Part shown: in pieces, positions 37,293-50,562 of the stretch
Numbering within the stretch: position 1 is the first letter of the stretch
Layout: every line of letters begins with the position of its first letter
Assembly (NCBI GenBank): GCA_050575255.1
Contig: JBNZDD010013689.1
Coordinates: 2,391,030 to 2,455,029, forward strand
From: Harriotta raleighana
Taxonomy: Eukaryota
Direction of reading: 5' to 3'
Length of the DNA stretch: 64,000 nucleotides
The notes under the pieces: model-generated
The model's database searches: none
What the model saw: only the letters and a program-made list of their open reading frames with translations
What the model was told of the DNA's origin: nothing
Made by a program: the position numbers and the translations under genes

Positions 37293-38334
37293 AGATTTCC
37301 TAGCACTTGTCAAAAAGAGAAGGGAGTTTCTTCCGTTGTTCTGGTAAACAAAACTCCCAAAGTGTCATGGGATATTAACATCCCCCACCCCACCCCCCAA
37401 TGAGGCAGAGCGGACAGTGGCAAGTATTCTTCAGCTGAGAGACTGGGCAGGTGACCTGCTCGCTGGACTCCAATCCCACCCCGTGAGCAACTGCTAAGTG
37501 TAAATGGAGCGTGACCTAGGGTCACTAAGAGATGCATCTCTCGCAGGTGGCTGCTCTTTGCCTAACATCTCCTCTGTAATACCCTCCCAGAAGCCACAGC
37601 TGAAACAGCAGCTTGGTGAGGAAATCACAGGCATATCTGAAACCAGAAGCTTAATAAGTAACCCTCAAATTACTTTCCCTGGACTCACCCAATTAATTTT
37701 GAAATTATGAGAAAAATAAGGCTCCACATTTGCAGTCGAACTTGCTTGTGATTTCACTACCCTCAGATGTTGATGGAGTAATTATGGCAAATTCTGATAC
37801 GTTGGGGACCTGGGCTGCTGTCTGCAGTGAAAGGTCTAATGTGTTTGAAATGCAAACAATTGCATAATTAAGATGAAACAGAAGCCAATTTGGTTCAGAA
37901 TGGATGTAAAAAGCAGCATTAGGAATAAATAGTTTTTTTTCTGAAAAACACACAATGAAAGGATTATTATTATTAGTAAATACACAAGGAATTTGTTGGG
38001 CACGTGGATTGAGTCAATTAGAGACTGAAAAAAGGAAGTGAAAAAAGCAGCCAAGAGGAACGCTGTTTGGCACACATGTCTTATGGGGAACAGAGGCTGA
38101 AATAAATTAGTGCTGCCTTAACAGGATTTTTGAACCTCCACTTATTTGTCATACTTCTAGGTCTGTATAAGCTTCAATTTCTTGCAGCTTAACATGGACA
38201 GAAGCCATGCTACATCGCTCCCACTCATGCCTTCTGAATGCCCGCTGAGCCCTCTGCTCCACAGACTTCAGCTACTATGCCTCAAACTGTCGGATCTCCC
38301 TGCTGCAATCCCTCCATCTAGCTCCATATCTACA

Positions 38335-38625
38335 TCAAAGTGCTTCACAAGAGTCTTTCTGTACTAACGTTAGGCTACGTTAGCAGCTAGTTAATGCAAT
38401 CTCCCATAAACTACCATGAAATTAGTGCGTTTTTGCTTTTAAATCTCAGAGTTTGACAGAAGAAGACAACAGAAGAAACTCCGAACTTATATTGAAATGT
38501 GCTAGGAGATTTTTAATGTCCATCTGATTAGAAAGATGGACATTTGATCCATCATCCAAAGCGCCTCAGACACTGGGGTAATGCCCACAAAGAGACTGAT
38601 AACTTTTAAGTGACAACACAGTACT
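38335..38625 (-). mobile_element. Old Deu-type SINE
   Basis: aaagtgcttcacaa tail remnant and gatttttaatgtccatctga ... catcatccaaagcgcc core in reverse. Confidence 0.45.
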
Positions 38626-39491
38626 CTCTCGCCAAAGGTTTTGATTTCAAGATCTATCAACCTAGCCAGACTGTTACAGAGGAACATTTCAAAGGACGGC
38701 TTGGATTTAGGAGCTCACAATTAAACAATGTTTCTGAAAAGAGAAAGGATTTAGCGATATGGAGAGAAGGCAGCTAGCTAGATGCCTGAGGTTGAAAAAT
38801 ATCAAAAGGGGAAATTAATGGTACTAATTGAAAAATGGGTTAGCTATCAGATTGATGGAAGATGGGCTGTAAAATATATAAAATTAATAATTTAGGCTTT
38901 TATAATAAAACAAATCTCTTTCATCTCCACAATCTTCCAACTCTAATTCATTTGGATTTATTTTCTGCACTTGCTAATGTGTCTTGATATTGCACAATGA
39001 ATGTACATTTATCTGCAATTCCAGCCAGCAATTGGCCCCAAAATGTAGTCACTTTTTAAACTGGGCTCATAGCCAGCGACAACCCCCAAGTACCAGCCAC
39101 TAATCACCAGCCTTACTTTGCAGTCAGCACCTATCTCCTGAAAATCGTTAAACATATATTATATACATTAGTTTCTGGGGCACAATCTCCACTTACATCA
39201 ACCAGAGTTTAAAAATAAACTTCAATGAATCAGAGCCAGGAAATAGGCAGAGATTAATAGAATGGTTTTATTATATAAAAAGACTAAATTATTCAAACAA
39301 ATTAAATTGTATTTTTTCACCGCCTGCTCTCCATCACTAATATTTCTTGCCCCTTCACACCCGCCTGATATGTTTGATCTCTAAATTTGGGACTTAGTGA
39401 TTGGGTTATTTTGCCAACTAATTGGGTTCGTTTGCACATGGAAAATGCTGTTGAAATGCAAACATTGATAAAAATGCATCAGCCTGGCATA

Positions 39492-39845
39492 ACTGGATGC
39501 ACTGTCTCCTCTGAGTCAAAAGCTTGCTGGTTCCACGTTAGGAGTTTGAGCGCACAGTCTAGACTGATACTCCAATATGTTGATGGGGTGAGTTTGTTGT
39601 GCCTTTTCAAAGGGACGTTGAAAATCCCAAGGCACCATTCAACAAGAGAGTTCCTTCTGATGTCCTGGCCAACAAGCTCCAGGATAAGATTGATCATTGA
39701 CTTCATGGTTGTTTGAGGGACACCAATGTGTACCAACTGACTACTTAATTTACAAAAAAACAGTCACTGCACATTACAATAACTCCAATGAAGCATTTTG
39801 AGGTGTCTCCCCCACTTGAAAAGTATTACATCAACTGTAAAGTTT
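39492..39845 (+). mobile_element. Old Deu-type SINE, near full length
   Basis: gcactgtctcctctgagtcaaaagcttgctggttcc head, gggacgttgaaaatcccaaggcaccattc core, gaagcattttgaggtgtctcc tail. Confidence 0.6.
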
Positions 39846-41919
39846 GCTAATAAGTATGGAACAGGAATTAATTTGGATTTGCTAGAGAAAGACTCCTCTC
39901 CACCTTCCCCCAAATCCACCCAACACCTGTGGAGCAGGTTCATACATTCAGCTTCCAGATTGTGTTTTTGACATCAGTTTTCATGGGATACATGAGAAAT
40001 CAGGAAAGCTATGATCCGGTCCTGGTAACTGTCAGTTGAATCTTGTGATCTGCAAGTCAAATATCTTGGCAGGCTCCACTGATTCCTATTCAATACTTAA
40101 GTAATTTCTAAATAAACACTGCATGTTTGACCCCACATCTGTGGTTAAAAAAAATCTGTATGTGCAAGTGAGTGCATGCATCGCTCTCTGTCCTTTTTCA
40201 CACACATAGTGTTCATTAAATAGCTGTCAAACACCAGCTATGACCATTCTTCATTTTGCACAATGCATAAAAGAGGCCATATAGCATCTTCTTTCCATCT
40301 CTCCCCCACCCTTGTTGTTATTTGTCCAAAACATAACCACACATGGTTAAAACCTTTAACTTCGGAATATACTTTCCTTTGGTGGTTGTGGGGGGTGAGG
40401 GGGGGGGGAACCTTGAATTTTTCTCAGTGTAACAAGTAAAACAAATAAATCTGGCCATCCATCCTAGTTCCTTCACTGAAGATCTGCTGGAATCATGATT
40501 TATAAAGAGCCCTCCAGGTGCTGGTTTGCACGCAATACATCAAAACCAGATTCATGAACTCAAAAAGCATTTGAGTTTTGTTTTGGAAGGAAAAGAAAAG
40601 AAGTTTAATCAATGCAAGTTGGCAGTAAAACAAAAAACACAGGCGGTTCAGTTCAAATCAAATCTTTTACTTATTTTACAAAAAAAGTTCATTTTTTAAA
40701 AAATGGGCACTGGCATTTTTATAAATCAGCGAGATGTGATACATGTTTAGCTACAGTTCTTCCTCCTTCAATTTACGACAGCCTTTCACGACTCAAATTG
40801 GGCATCAACATATACATTTCTTGTCTCGTTCACTCCTCTCTCATTACACCCCCCACCACCACTGATTTCTCAATAAGTCATTAACGAATAATGAACTATT
40901 ATCTCGCACGACCCTCGCTACCCTTTTACAAAATAAAAGCAGCAGCTACAGATCTATTTTCTGCCATCTATACTGTGCTTTTGAATGCATTATTTAACAC
41001 ACACTAATATATTCCGCTGCATTTCGCAACGAGACGACCTGAGGAAAGGACCATTAACCAATCCTTTTCTTCCTCTAATCATATAATTTCTCATGCACTT
41101 TACCATTACTGTTGACCTGCAGCTACCTCAGTGAATTTAGCACATTCCCCTCTCTATTTAACCCCTTCTTCAGCCCGCTATGCCGTTGGCTAAAAAGCAT
41201 TTATGCCGATAAAGCTCTGGATGCTGAGAATAGTTAAGCTCAAGTCTTCACAGCACATCTAAAGCCCGACAGGAATCTGAACATTTGAAATTTATAATCC
41301 CCATCATAGGAAATCCATCCTATTCTATGCATTGTGGTATTCTACCCCTTTAAAAAACTCTTGTAAATGTTTCCACTTTAAATTCCATCTACAATTTTAT
41401 AGGCTTTTCACTTAATTTGTCCAAATACTTTTGAATGCTATCATTCGTCACATAGCTTGGAGATATTAGCAAGTTTTATAATATTCCTGGAAATATTTTC
41501 CTCCAGATAAACTGTACAAAGGAAGTGACCCAGAACAAATTCCTGTGATACCAACCACCTTCCCCCAAGACAAAGCCTAATATACTAATGCAGTTTGTCT
41601 GTCTTGGGAAGAACTTTATGGGTAGCCAGACCAGCTGGGATGCACTGCTAGGAACCCTTAGTAAATAAAATAGGCAAGGTTTCAATTAATATCTTTAGGA
41701 ATTCTACAAATACACAAAGGGATAACTAAGTTAATTCTGATAATTCAACCAGACACATAAAATGGAGAACTTGCAGCCCAGAATACAGTAAATGCTTAAC
41801 ATTTTACAGAACACTCCCAATGACTGTCAACAGGATATAAACAGTAAGCTATGTCTGACCTAAACTATCCATTGAATAGAACGATTTTGCAAGAGCATTT
41901 AATAAAAATATTGTGCACA

Positions 41920-42545
41920 GCTTTTAAAGGTTAAAGTCAGGAACATAAGGAGGCAAAGTAGCTCACTGGACTGAAAACTATCTTGGGCAATGGAAAGCTA
42001 ATGATAAACTGTCAAAACTCTATAATGGATAAATGCAAAGCAATGCATACTGTACAAAAATGGACGAATGCTTTCATTGTGATTATTGACCATTCACTGA
42101 ATCAGTCAATGTAAGGCTGTTAGCAATAAGACTAATTAAGTAATGGAGTGCACATCAAAGAAATTTGATTATAAGGTTATTTTATCTATATTACTCATTA
42201 ATGCGGCCACGTTGGCAATACTGTGTGCAATCTTGGGCATCTTTTACCTTCAAAAGGACATTAATGTATTGGAAGGGTTCAGAAAAGCAAAGCATAATTC
42301 TGGAATAGGGTTTTCATGCAAAACTCACAAAATGAAATTTGTTTTCACTGGAGAAAGCAAGATTAAATGGAAGATGATATGGGACCTTAAAAACACTCAG
42401 ATGTAGATAACACAGATGTAAGCAGATTTTTTCACTTAAACTGCAATCACAGAACGAGAGTCTGCCTGTGTAAAGCTCAAGTGCCTTGTGCAACTGAAAT
42501 CAGACTATTTCCTGTGCCTTCCCCACAGAGCAATGTAATAGTCTC
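41920..42545 (+). mobile_element. Heavily decayed CR1 LINE ORF2 3' region
   Basis: cggccacgttggcaatactgtgtgcaatcttgg ... cttcaaaaggacattaatgtattggaaggg corresponds to the CR1 motif RPxLEYCVQFW..LxKDIxxLExVQ, with frameshifts. Confidence 0.65.
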
Positions 42546-42594
42546 CATTAACTCTGGCAGTCGATTAGCTCCTTAATAATCACTATTAGCTAAC

Positions 42595-42805
42595 CCCGAT
42601 AGCATCGAGGATAAATGCACAATCTGGGCCAAACACAAGGACATACAAACCAGAAGGTTTTAGGTTCAAGTCCCGCTCTCTCTTAAGCATTACAACTGAT
42701 CTCAGCTGGGACAACAGATGAGAAATGCTACAATTTCTGCTTAACAGCCAAAGGTTAAAGAAGGCAGAATCAGCCAGTGTTCCCTCTTCTGATCATCATT
42801 ATACT
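42595..42805 (+). mobile_element. Second ancient tRNA-headed SINE family, decayed (related pieces near 13.45-13.63, 27.6-27.7, 51.7 and 54.3 kb)
   Basis: Shared motifs: ca(g/a)accagaaggt..aggttcaa, gctgatctcagc, and aatcagccag.gttcc....ctgatca. Confidence 0.4.
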
Positions 42806-43011
42806 GTGGTAAAGTAATTATAAATATAGTTGAGCTAATTATGATTCCAGAGTATATTCAATTGGTTTGATACACATTATTGCTTTACACTTCCTCAGCA
42901 TACTGCAGCTAGTCAACAAAATGTACTCTAACCAAATACCATGATTGCAGTCTTACACGAATCCCCTTTTCAAAGGACACATCAGGTCCAGGATTGGTCA
43001 AATGGTACCAA

Positions 43012-43606
43012 TTAATAACAACAACAACAACAACTTTGATTTATATAGCGCCCTCCACGCCGGACAGCATCTCAGAGCGCTTCACAATAGTGGATCCCGG
43101 GACAGAGCCAGGGGGAGGGTAGAAAGGTAACCAAAGGCACGGTCGAAGAGAAAGGTCTTCAGCTAGGACCTGAATCTGAGAAAAGAGGGGGCGAGGTGGG
43201 GGAAGTGAGGAAGGGAATTCCAGAGCCTCGAAGCATAGTGGCTGAAGACATGGTCGCCGAGGGTGGAGCGGAGGATTCGGGGGATATGGAGGAGGGAGCG
43301 AAGGCAACGGGAGCTGGTTTGAGGAGAGAGGAGGTCAGAGAGGTAGGGGGGTGCAGAGGAGTGGAGGGATTTGAAGACTAGGATGAGGATCTTGAAGTCG
43401 ATCCTCTCTGGGAAAGGGAGCCAGTCTGGCAAGGACTGGGGTAATGGGGGAGCGAAGTTTGGTGCGGGTGAGTCTGCGGGCGGCAGAGTTTTGGATGAGT
43501 TGAATTTTATGGATTGTTGGAGGGGAGACCAGCGAGGAGGGCAATGGAATAGTCCAGCTGAGAGGTGACAAAGGCATGGACTAGGGTTTCAGCGGCTTTT
43601 GGGGTA
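43012..43606 (-). mobile_element. 5'-truncated L2 LINE with (TTG)n tail, frameshifted ORF2 end
   Basis: Minus-strand pieces AAETLVHAFVTSQLDY, IHKIQLIQNSAARRLTRTK..PITPVLA, WLPFPERIDFKILILVFKSLH and ASRLWNSLP. (AAC)n on the plus strand at 43016-43033. Confidence 0.92.
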
Positions 43607-44879
43607 ATGTCAGTTAAGGACACCCACAGTTCCAACATTGCTTTCCCTCAAACTGAAATTTCCCTCAATGTTATTACAAAGTAACTTTCCTTCCAAATAA
43701 AACAAGTTTTCCGCACGAACACAACAGTTGATGTCAGAATTCATCTTGCATTCAGCAACTGCCTCGAGCATCTTGTAAAGTAATTTTCAGGTTTTATTTC
43801 TTCCCTCTTCTTCATTAAAATGAATGAGGCAGAATCGCTAACAGAGGCTGGCAGCAGAACATCGCTGACATGCAAACGGCTGCCTAAACTGTGCGCCAAA
43901 CTTGAATCTGCCTCCAGGGCGAGGCAGGCGGGCAGATTCTAAGAAAAGGATCTACATCCAAGGTGGAAGTTACTTTAAAAAATCATTAAATAAGCCAGGA
44001 CACTAAAGGAAAATTACTGGACGAGAGGCAGGTAGGGGAAAGAGTGAGGAGGGAGACACATTCTGTCAACATAAAGTACTCACTGTTACATCTCATACAG
44101 CTTGAGTTCTAAAAGGTACTATATTTATCTGAATTGCTATATACTCTTAAAGGCTATAAAAGGAAATTTCCCTGGAACATCTCAATCCTCCTTCAATTCC
44201 AATGCCTTATGGTTTAATAATAGGTCAGAAATTATCAGAAAGCTACAATTCTGCCCTTTCAGTGAGAATCACTCATATCTGCTCTATTGACATGGTGAAT
44301 TAGATGAGAGGGTTGGGGGCCGCGCACTCCATTCAGTTCACGTGGAGTGGAGAGGAGCCACAAGCTGTCCTTGAAAGGAGAATTCACATTGTGTCTGCAC
44401 CTGGGTTGCCTCTGGTCATCAGTTTTCAACAGTGAAAGTGAAACAAAATTTGGGAACAAAGCAAAGTAGAAGCTCATCAGTGAGGTTTAGCAGCTTGCTG
44501 CCATGTGCCCATTACTTTTCGATTGAGCTGGGCATCTTCCCTGATCCTGTCAATCTTGCTGGTGTCCTGTACAAGTGAAGCTTGACCCTTCACCTGGATT
44601 TCTCAATAAAAGAGGAAAATATCATTACTAACATTTCACATTACATGGCAATTCAATTAGGTTCTGCAGTATTGTCATAAACAATGCATTTGCAACCAAT
44701 ACAGCATTGATGGAAATGTAGAGGGAATTACATTGAATCCAATATTCTTTACTGAACTGTGATTTTTTTGTATGATACTCTTAGTTCATTCTCAACCCTT
44801 ATCTGCAAAGTACTTAATCTCAGTCTTATATAGCTACCAATCCCCCTTCAAAGGACAGGATCTAAAATTGAAACCATAT

Positions 44880-45064
44880 GACACAGATACAGGGCATTCG
44901 GCCTAACGAGTCCTCGCTGGCATTCATACTCCATACAAGCCCCCACCACTTTTATTCGCCTTGACTCTCCTTTTCTTTCATGTATGCACCAAGTTTTCTT
45001 GGAGGCGCATTAGCGCCTCCGCAACTCGGATGCTGACAGCAACAGCATCCAAGGCTGCACTTTC
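44880..45064 (-). mobile_element. Decayed CR1-like 3' end next to the L2 insertion
   Basis: agggcattcggcctaacgagtcctcgctggc resembles the reverse complement of a CR1 terminus. Confidence 0.4.
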
Positions 45065-45848
45065 CACCTCGCAAAGCCAGTCAGGAACCTCGCTGTTCTA
45101 TTTGACCCTGAGCTGTCCTTTCTCCCCCACATCCGCGCCACAACTAGCACTGCCTTCCAGCACCTCCGGAACATCGCCAGGCTACGACACTGCCTCACCC
45201 CTCATGCTGCTGAAATACTAGTCCACGCCTTCATCACCTCAAGGCTGGACTATGGGAACTCTCTCCTCATGGGCCTTCCCGGCTCCTCCATCCACAAGCT
45301 GCAGGTCATCCAGAACTCTGCAGCTCGTGTACTCTCCCGCACCAGGCTTCAAGACCACATCACTCCCACCCTCGCCCGTCTCCACTGGCTCCCCATCCCC
45401 CAGAGGATCGAATTCAAGATCCTCATCCTTACCTACAAGACCATTCATGGCCTTGCTCCCTCCTACCTCTCTGACCTACTATCCCCCTATCTACCTGCCC
45501 GTATTCTCTGTTCCTCTGGCTTTGGTCTGCTCCACATCCCCAGCCCTAACTGTCCTACCATTGGCGGCCGGGCTTTCAGCCGCTCAGCCCCTAGGCTCTG
45601 GAACTCCATCCCCCAGTGCCTTCACCTCGCTTCCTCCCTTTCCTCTTTCAAGGCCGGTCTCAAGACCTTTCTCTTCGACCATGCCTTCAGCTCCCCTCTC
45701 GAGTCTCTCCCCCTCCTTGCTCCCCCCTTCCGCCCCCCTCGCCCTGAACATTTCCCCCTGCTCGGGTCTTAAACCAACTGTCCAGCGCCTTGGGACGTCT
45801 TCCTGACGTGAAACGCGCTCTATAAATGCAATTTTGTTGTTGTTGTTT
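45065..45848 (+). mobile_element. 5'-truncated young L2 LINE with an uninterrupted ORF2 C-terminus
   Basis: Open frame 45080-45772: VRNLAVLFDPELSF..LRNIARLR..LVHAFITSRLDYGNSLLMGLP..KLQVIQNSAARVL..HITPTLARLHWLP..RIEFKIL..GGRAFS..APRLWNSIP..FKAGLKTFLF. It is followed by an L2 3' tail and (TTG)n. Confidence 0.95.
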
Positions 45849-47321
45849 CTCTTAAACTCATTGATGCTGGTATTGTACACGAATGTTTGTTAGAGACTCT
45901 GTAACTGTTTGAAGAATTTACTTTTGAATTGTTTTGGTAAGATGTTCTAGACTTTCTTCTTTTCTCCCCCCCACCACTCCACACACCCTTTTCTTTTGTC
46001 ACAGTAACGTTTCCCAATCAAGAGAACGTGTGTGTGGCTGTAATTTTAGCTCTAGCACAATCGGCTACTTGAGTCTACAGATGAGAGGGTGGGAAAGTGA
46101 GGAGAGAGAAGGGAATGGGATTTCTTCCAAGTTTTGCCAGCCTCCAGTGATGAATTTAACATCCAACTGAACAGACTTGACAGGATAATTATTTAAAGCA
46201 TTCTCTGACAATCCTGCACTCCCCCAGCATTACACTGGAAAACCAGCGTAAACTGTGAGCTCAAAGTCCCGATGTGAGAAATTGTTCAAGTCTACATTAA
46301 TGAATGAAGATATTATCGTCCTGACAGAAAATGATGCCCATTTACTTTCCTATTTCACAACTGTCAAAACTGGATTTGATGTCAGTAAAATGGTAACCAT
46401 AGGAAACTACACCCAGCTTTTGCAATCACATTCAATATTGCTGATTCCGTTTACCAGATTAGACATTTCTCTCAGAAGTGATAGCTTTTCTTTGGTCCCT
46501 TATGTAAAAATTGTCAATCTATTATAGTGTTTCAATTTTAATCACCTCTCCTTTGATTGATATTCAGAGCACAATCTTTCTCTCTTTACATAGTGTACAG
46601 CATCTGAATCAAGACACATGGAATGTCTCAAGCAGAAACACACAAATCCAGGATACAGAAATATCAGCTCGTAGGCAGCAGCAAGATAAAGTCTTCTCTT
46701 CGGAAGGCTTCCTCCTCCCAGTGAACTCTTCAAATTAGTATCAACCTGAAGAACAACCCAGCAATTTTTTTTATATGCATGAAAATACTTTTGCAAAGTG
46801 AAAGGATCCCTTTGAAGAGTCATCATCATCACTTCCTAACACACGTGTCTGGGGGACTATTATGTTGTAAAATCAATTGTGGGACATCTTCCTTTGCCTC
46901 AACCCTTCACCTCAACCCTTCAGCAAAGCCCTTAATACTCCATTATGCATTGAACAGTACGTGATACCTATGAAGTGGGATTGCTTTGAAAATGAGTTGA
47001 TCTCAATGCCATAGAAGAGCAAGTCTTTCTGCTGACTCTTATGTGACCAGATTCGAATGTGTACTAGTCAGATGAGGAGTAGCATTTCTCACTTAAATGA
47101 GGAACTGGAAACCTAGTGGAGCCTGGAGAACCATAGTCCCAACAAGTCATCGATTTCTCAAGAGAATTTTTTTTTAAACTGAATAATTATGTTTTGCTTG
47201 TCCTTCTTAAGTGCACTTTGGAAAAGGATAAGAGACTGTAGACAATTTTTTGTTATCAAATATAGATTTACCAGAATTCATTTTGTGTGCAATTCTTCAG
47301 GAGAGTTTAATAATAAGGCTT

Positions 47322-47465
47322 AGAATAATCCTAGCATTTGATACAGCACATTATCACGCCTTTGAGCGCTTTGCAAGTATACTGTAAACTGAATTCTATG
47401 TATATTTTGTGGGCAAACCGTGGTATCCCACAAACATGGATTGAGGTAACTTTTTTTTAAGGAAT
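47322..47465 (-). mobile_element. SINE 3' part, decayed
   Basis: aataatcctagcatttgatacagcac ... tatactgtaaactgaatt ... tatccccacaaacatggattga. Confidence 0.65.
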
Positions 47466-48267
47466 GATTACCCCCGGAGTCAATCAACTACCAGGTTTGT
47501 ACTTAAGATTGATTGGTGCTCCCTACCTACAGTCCCAGGACTAAAACATATCTAACAAAGACTTCTGCCATTTAGGCTGGGGGAAGGGGATGTAATGGCT
47601 GCTACAGAAGAGAAATGTGCTCTGATTTGTTTTCCACAATAGAAAATGAGTTGCTGCTAGTTGTGGCTTGTGATTACATTTTAATTTACTCTTTCCAAAC
47701 AGCACTGAAGGATCCTCCTCCCAGAAGCTCAGTCTAATCATGCAACCATGCATTTACAGTATTGCTGAGGTCTTGCTCATCCAGGGAAATGTGGTGAATC
47801 ATCACAACACATCGAACCACTCTGTCAGCAAACACATTTAATTTACAGCCAGTAATAAAACAATTTCCATCACATAAATAAGAGTGACAATGGTTGTACA
47901 TCAAAGTTAATGGGTGATATTGTACAGTGTATGGATGCTGTTAAGCATGCTTAATATTTTTAATTGTTGAGGAAACACTAGTGTGCTTTGTGTCCACCGC
48001 ATGTGTCATCAATGACTGAAACTGGTCACGAACAACCTCTGGAGGTATTGGGACCAGTTGAGCTGTCCTTCGATTGACAGCAAACAGTATTATATGATTA
48101 AGAATTAAGCCCTCCCTTTTCACCTTACATGAATGCAATCATGATCCCTAACAGCAATATAACATTCTGGCTCAGGAACCAGTCGCCAGAGACCGTTACA
48201 GAATGTTAACCAAATTCCCAAATTACATTGCCATACCAAGGAGACCCTGCTAGTCACTAGATGGATA

Positions 48268-48873
48268 CAGTAAAAGCCCGTTTATCCATGACTCGATGAA
48301 TCGGACACCCCATTGAACCGGAACCTCAAAAAAAAGTCCAGATTTGATAAACCGGAAGTTATTCGGCAGAATACTGATGATGCATTTAATGAAACGATTG
48401 TCGCACATGAGTACTGGTGCAGGTACTCGTCTGGCCGCTAGTCGAGCTACTGCCATTTTTTAAAAAAAGTCACGCTACTGCCGCTTGGTTTTCCTCCCAT
48501 GGCGGCCATTGCAGAAGTTAAGTATAAATAATAAAGTACTAATACAATATTCTGTTATTTGTGTATTTAGTACATTATTTATATGGTACAGTGTACAATA
48601 TTTACAATAAAGTAGCCATACAATATTCTGTTATTACAATATCTGGTATTACTGTATTTACTCTATTATTTATGTGGTACAGTGTACAACATCTACAATA
48701 AAATACCCATACAATATTGTTATTATCTGTTATTATTTAGTCTATTATTAATCTGGTATGTGTTAAAATAAGTTTTAAATTAAAAAAAGTTTTTAATAAA
48801 AACGTTCAACCAGAAAACCGTTTAACCACCACTGGCCAGGTCCCGTGGGTGCCGGATAAACGGGGTTTTACTG
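48268..48873. mobile_element. Non-autonomous Tc1/mariner (pogo/Tigger-like) MITE, 606 bp
   Basis: TIRs CAGTAAAAGCCCGTTTATCC (48268-48287) and GGATAAACGGGGTTTTACTG (48854-48873) match at 19 of 20 positions. TA target duplication at 48266-48267 and 48874-48875. No transposase ORF. Confidence 0.88.
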
Positions 48874-49232
48874 TATAATGCAATGACTTGTCCATTGTTC
48901 ATGCCAGTCTATTTTAAGGGAGCTATAATATGATAAATACATACTTAAAAGACTGCCTCATTCCACAAAGGTGTGCATGGTCATAATGTTTTCTGTTTTT
49001 CATGTACACTAACAATCTGTGGGATGATCTGGCAATAAACCAGAGATCATTTGCCATTTTTCAGTAATCAGAATCTCTAGTCTATCTGCGTGACCATCAG
49101 TAAACAACAACGTGGAGAGCACCCTCAGCACAAAACAGAACTAAACTGCCTCTCACCATTTATAAATAAATAAATATTTAAATATAAATATACAGAGAAT
49201 ATTATCCTCTGTATAATATTTATTTTGCTGGA

Positions 49233-49662
49233 TTTCACTTCTATACCTGAGACAGAAGGTTGTGGGTTCAAGTCCAACACCGGGACTTAGAACTGTCATT
49301 GACTTTAGCTGAAACTCCGATGCAATGCTGGGTGGATGTTGCAATGTCAAAGAAACTGTCCTTTAGATGAGATGTTTAAACCCAGGTCCTCCCTGACTGT
49401 TGAGGTGATGTGAAAGATCGCATGACACTATTCGATGGGAGTATCTCCCGGTGTGGCCAATAATATCCCAAATAAAAATAGTTTATTCACATCATGACTG
49501 TATTTTGAACATTGGTGTGGATTAACTGACTACCGCATTCACCCCAAAAATACATTCAACCACATCATCTTAAAGTAAATCCTTTGAAGTGCTTTGAGAA
49601 ATCTCGACATGGTGATAGGCACAATATTAAAAGCAAGTATTATCATCATTATTATTATTATT
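49233..49662 (+). mobile_element. Old Deu-type SINE, near full length
   Basis: cctgagacagaaggttgtgggttcaagtccaac head, gatgagatgtttaaacccaggtcc core, gaagtgctttgaga ... gcaagtattatcatcattattatta tail. Confidence 0.7.
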
Positions 49663-50274
49663 TAATTTGTAAAACTACTGTGTTAGTTTCAGAAATAAAG
49701 CAGATTCCAACAGCGGGGAAACAAATTTTCTGTAGTAAACAGATTTCTTAAGTGTCTCAAAAAATCAAAAATGGTTTGAATGCATTGGATGCAAAATGAG
49801 AAATTCAATAAATGTACAATTCTTATTGAGAAATGTGCCAATAAATACCTCCCAAATAAAACCCCAATTCTTGAACCATGGTTTAAACCTAATGATCACC
49901 TGAAACTTCCACAGTTGATAATTTACTCCCATGTTCTCTATATGAAATGTAAAATAAGGGTTGAATGAGAATGACATAAGGGACAAATCAGGTTTCTATT
50001 CCCATTCCCATTGTCAATACATAAGCAAATTCTACCGAGAAATTCTGACTTCCTGTTTGCTCTTCCTCCTGACTGGGTTTCAATTCCACACACGAGAGTG
50101 TCACTGCGATTTACTACTCAGTAAAATTACCACCTCCACTCATAAGCATTGCCGTTACCAGTTCCAATTTAGTTAATGAAAGCTCTGCTCACCAGCTTCT
50201 TTTTTTAAAGAGGGGAAAGCGAGTAGAAAAATGTAAGTGCTCATCAAGGAGGACAACTTATCACCAATATCAGC

Positions 50275-50562
50275 ATCAGGAGCACCCAGGTCATGATGCA
50301 GTACAACTATAATTTGGCCCAACTATCTACATTAGTCCATATCACAGAAGTATACCTTTCACTATACCACTGTCATGCTTCTAATTCCCACAACAGACAT
50401 TCCTCATGGCCTCTGTGAGCGAAACGGTCAATTTAGTGCCAATTAGTCATTCCTAAAGTAATTTTACAGACAGGAAAAAGGAGATTTATCCTATCTGTCA
50501 GAGCTAGAAACAAACCTGGGTACAAGAGGTGAAAAGGCAGTGCATAAAGCCATTGCCCCACC
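50275..50562 (-). mobile_element. Ancient SINE with an LF-SINE-like head, decayed
   Basis: Minus strand begins tggggcaatggctttatgcactgccttttcacctcttgtacccaggttt. The gcctttcacctct motif recalls LF-SINE heads (from memory). Confidence 0.3.

Noticed and set aside
42143-42406. 87-aa hydrophobic ORF as a membrane micropeptide
   Set aside because: It lies within a decayed CR1 ORF2 fragment (LQKDINVLEG motif).
43901-43943. Hairpin GAATCTGCC/GGCAGATTC as a pre-miRNA or structured RNA
   Set aside because: Only a 9-12 bp stem with a competing alternative pairing, and no other support.
44516-44593. Possible 78-nt phase-0 cassette exon on the minus strand (VKGQASLVQDTSKIDRIREDAQLNRK; ccag| ... AAA|gtaatg)
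   Set aside because: Frame-compatible with PARD3B, but it has no similarity to Par3 sequence I know, the donor is weak and the polypyrimidine tract is interrupted. Needs RNA-seq junction evidence.
45269-45772. 167-aa ORF as a host gene
   Set aside because: It is the C-terminal part of L2 ORF2 in a 5'-truncated retrotransposon copy. The overlapping 184-aa Ser/Pro-rich ORF is an alternate frame of the same element.
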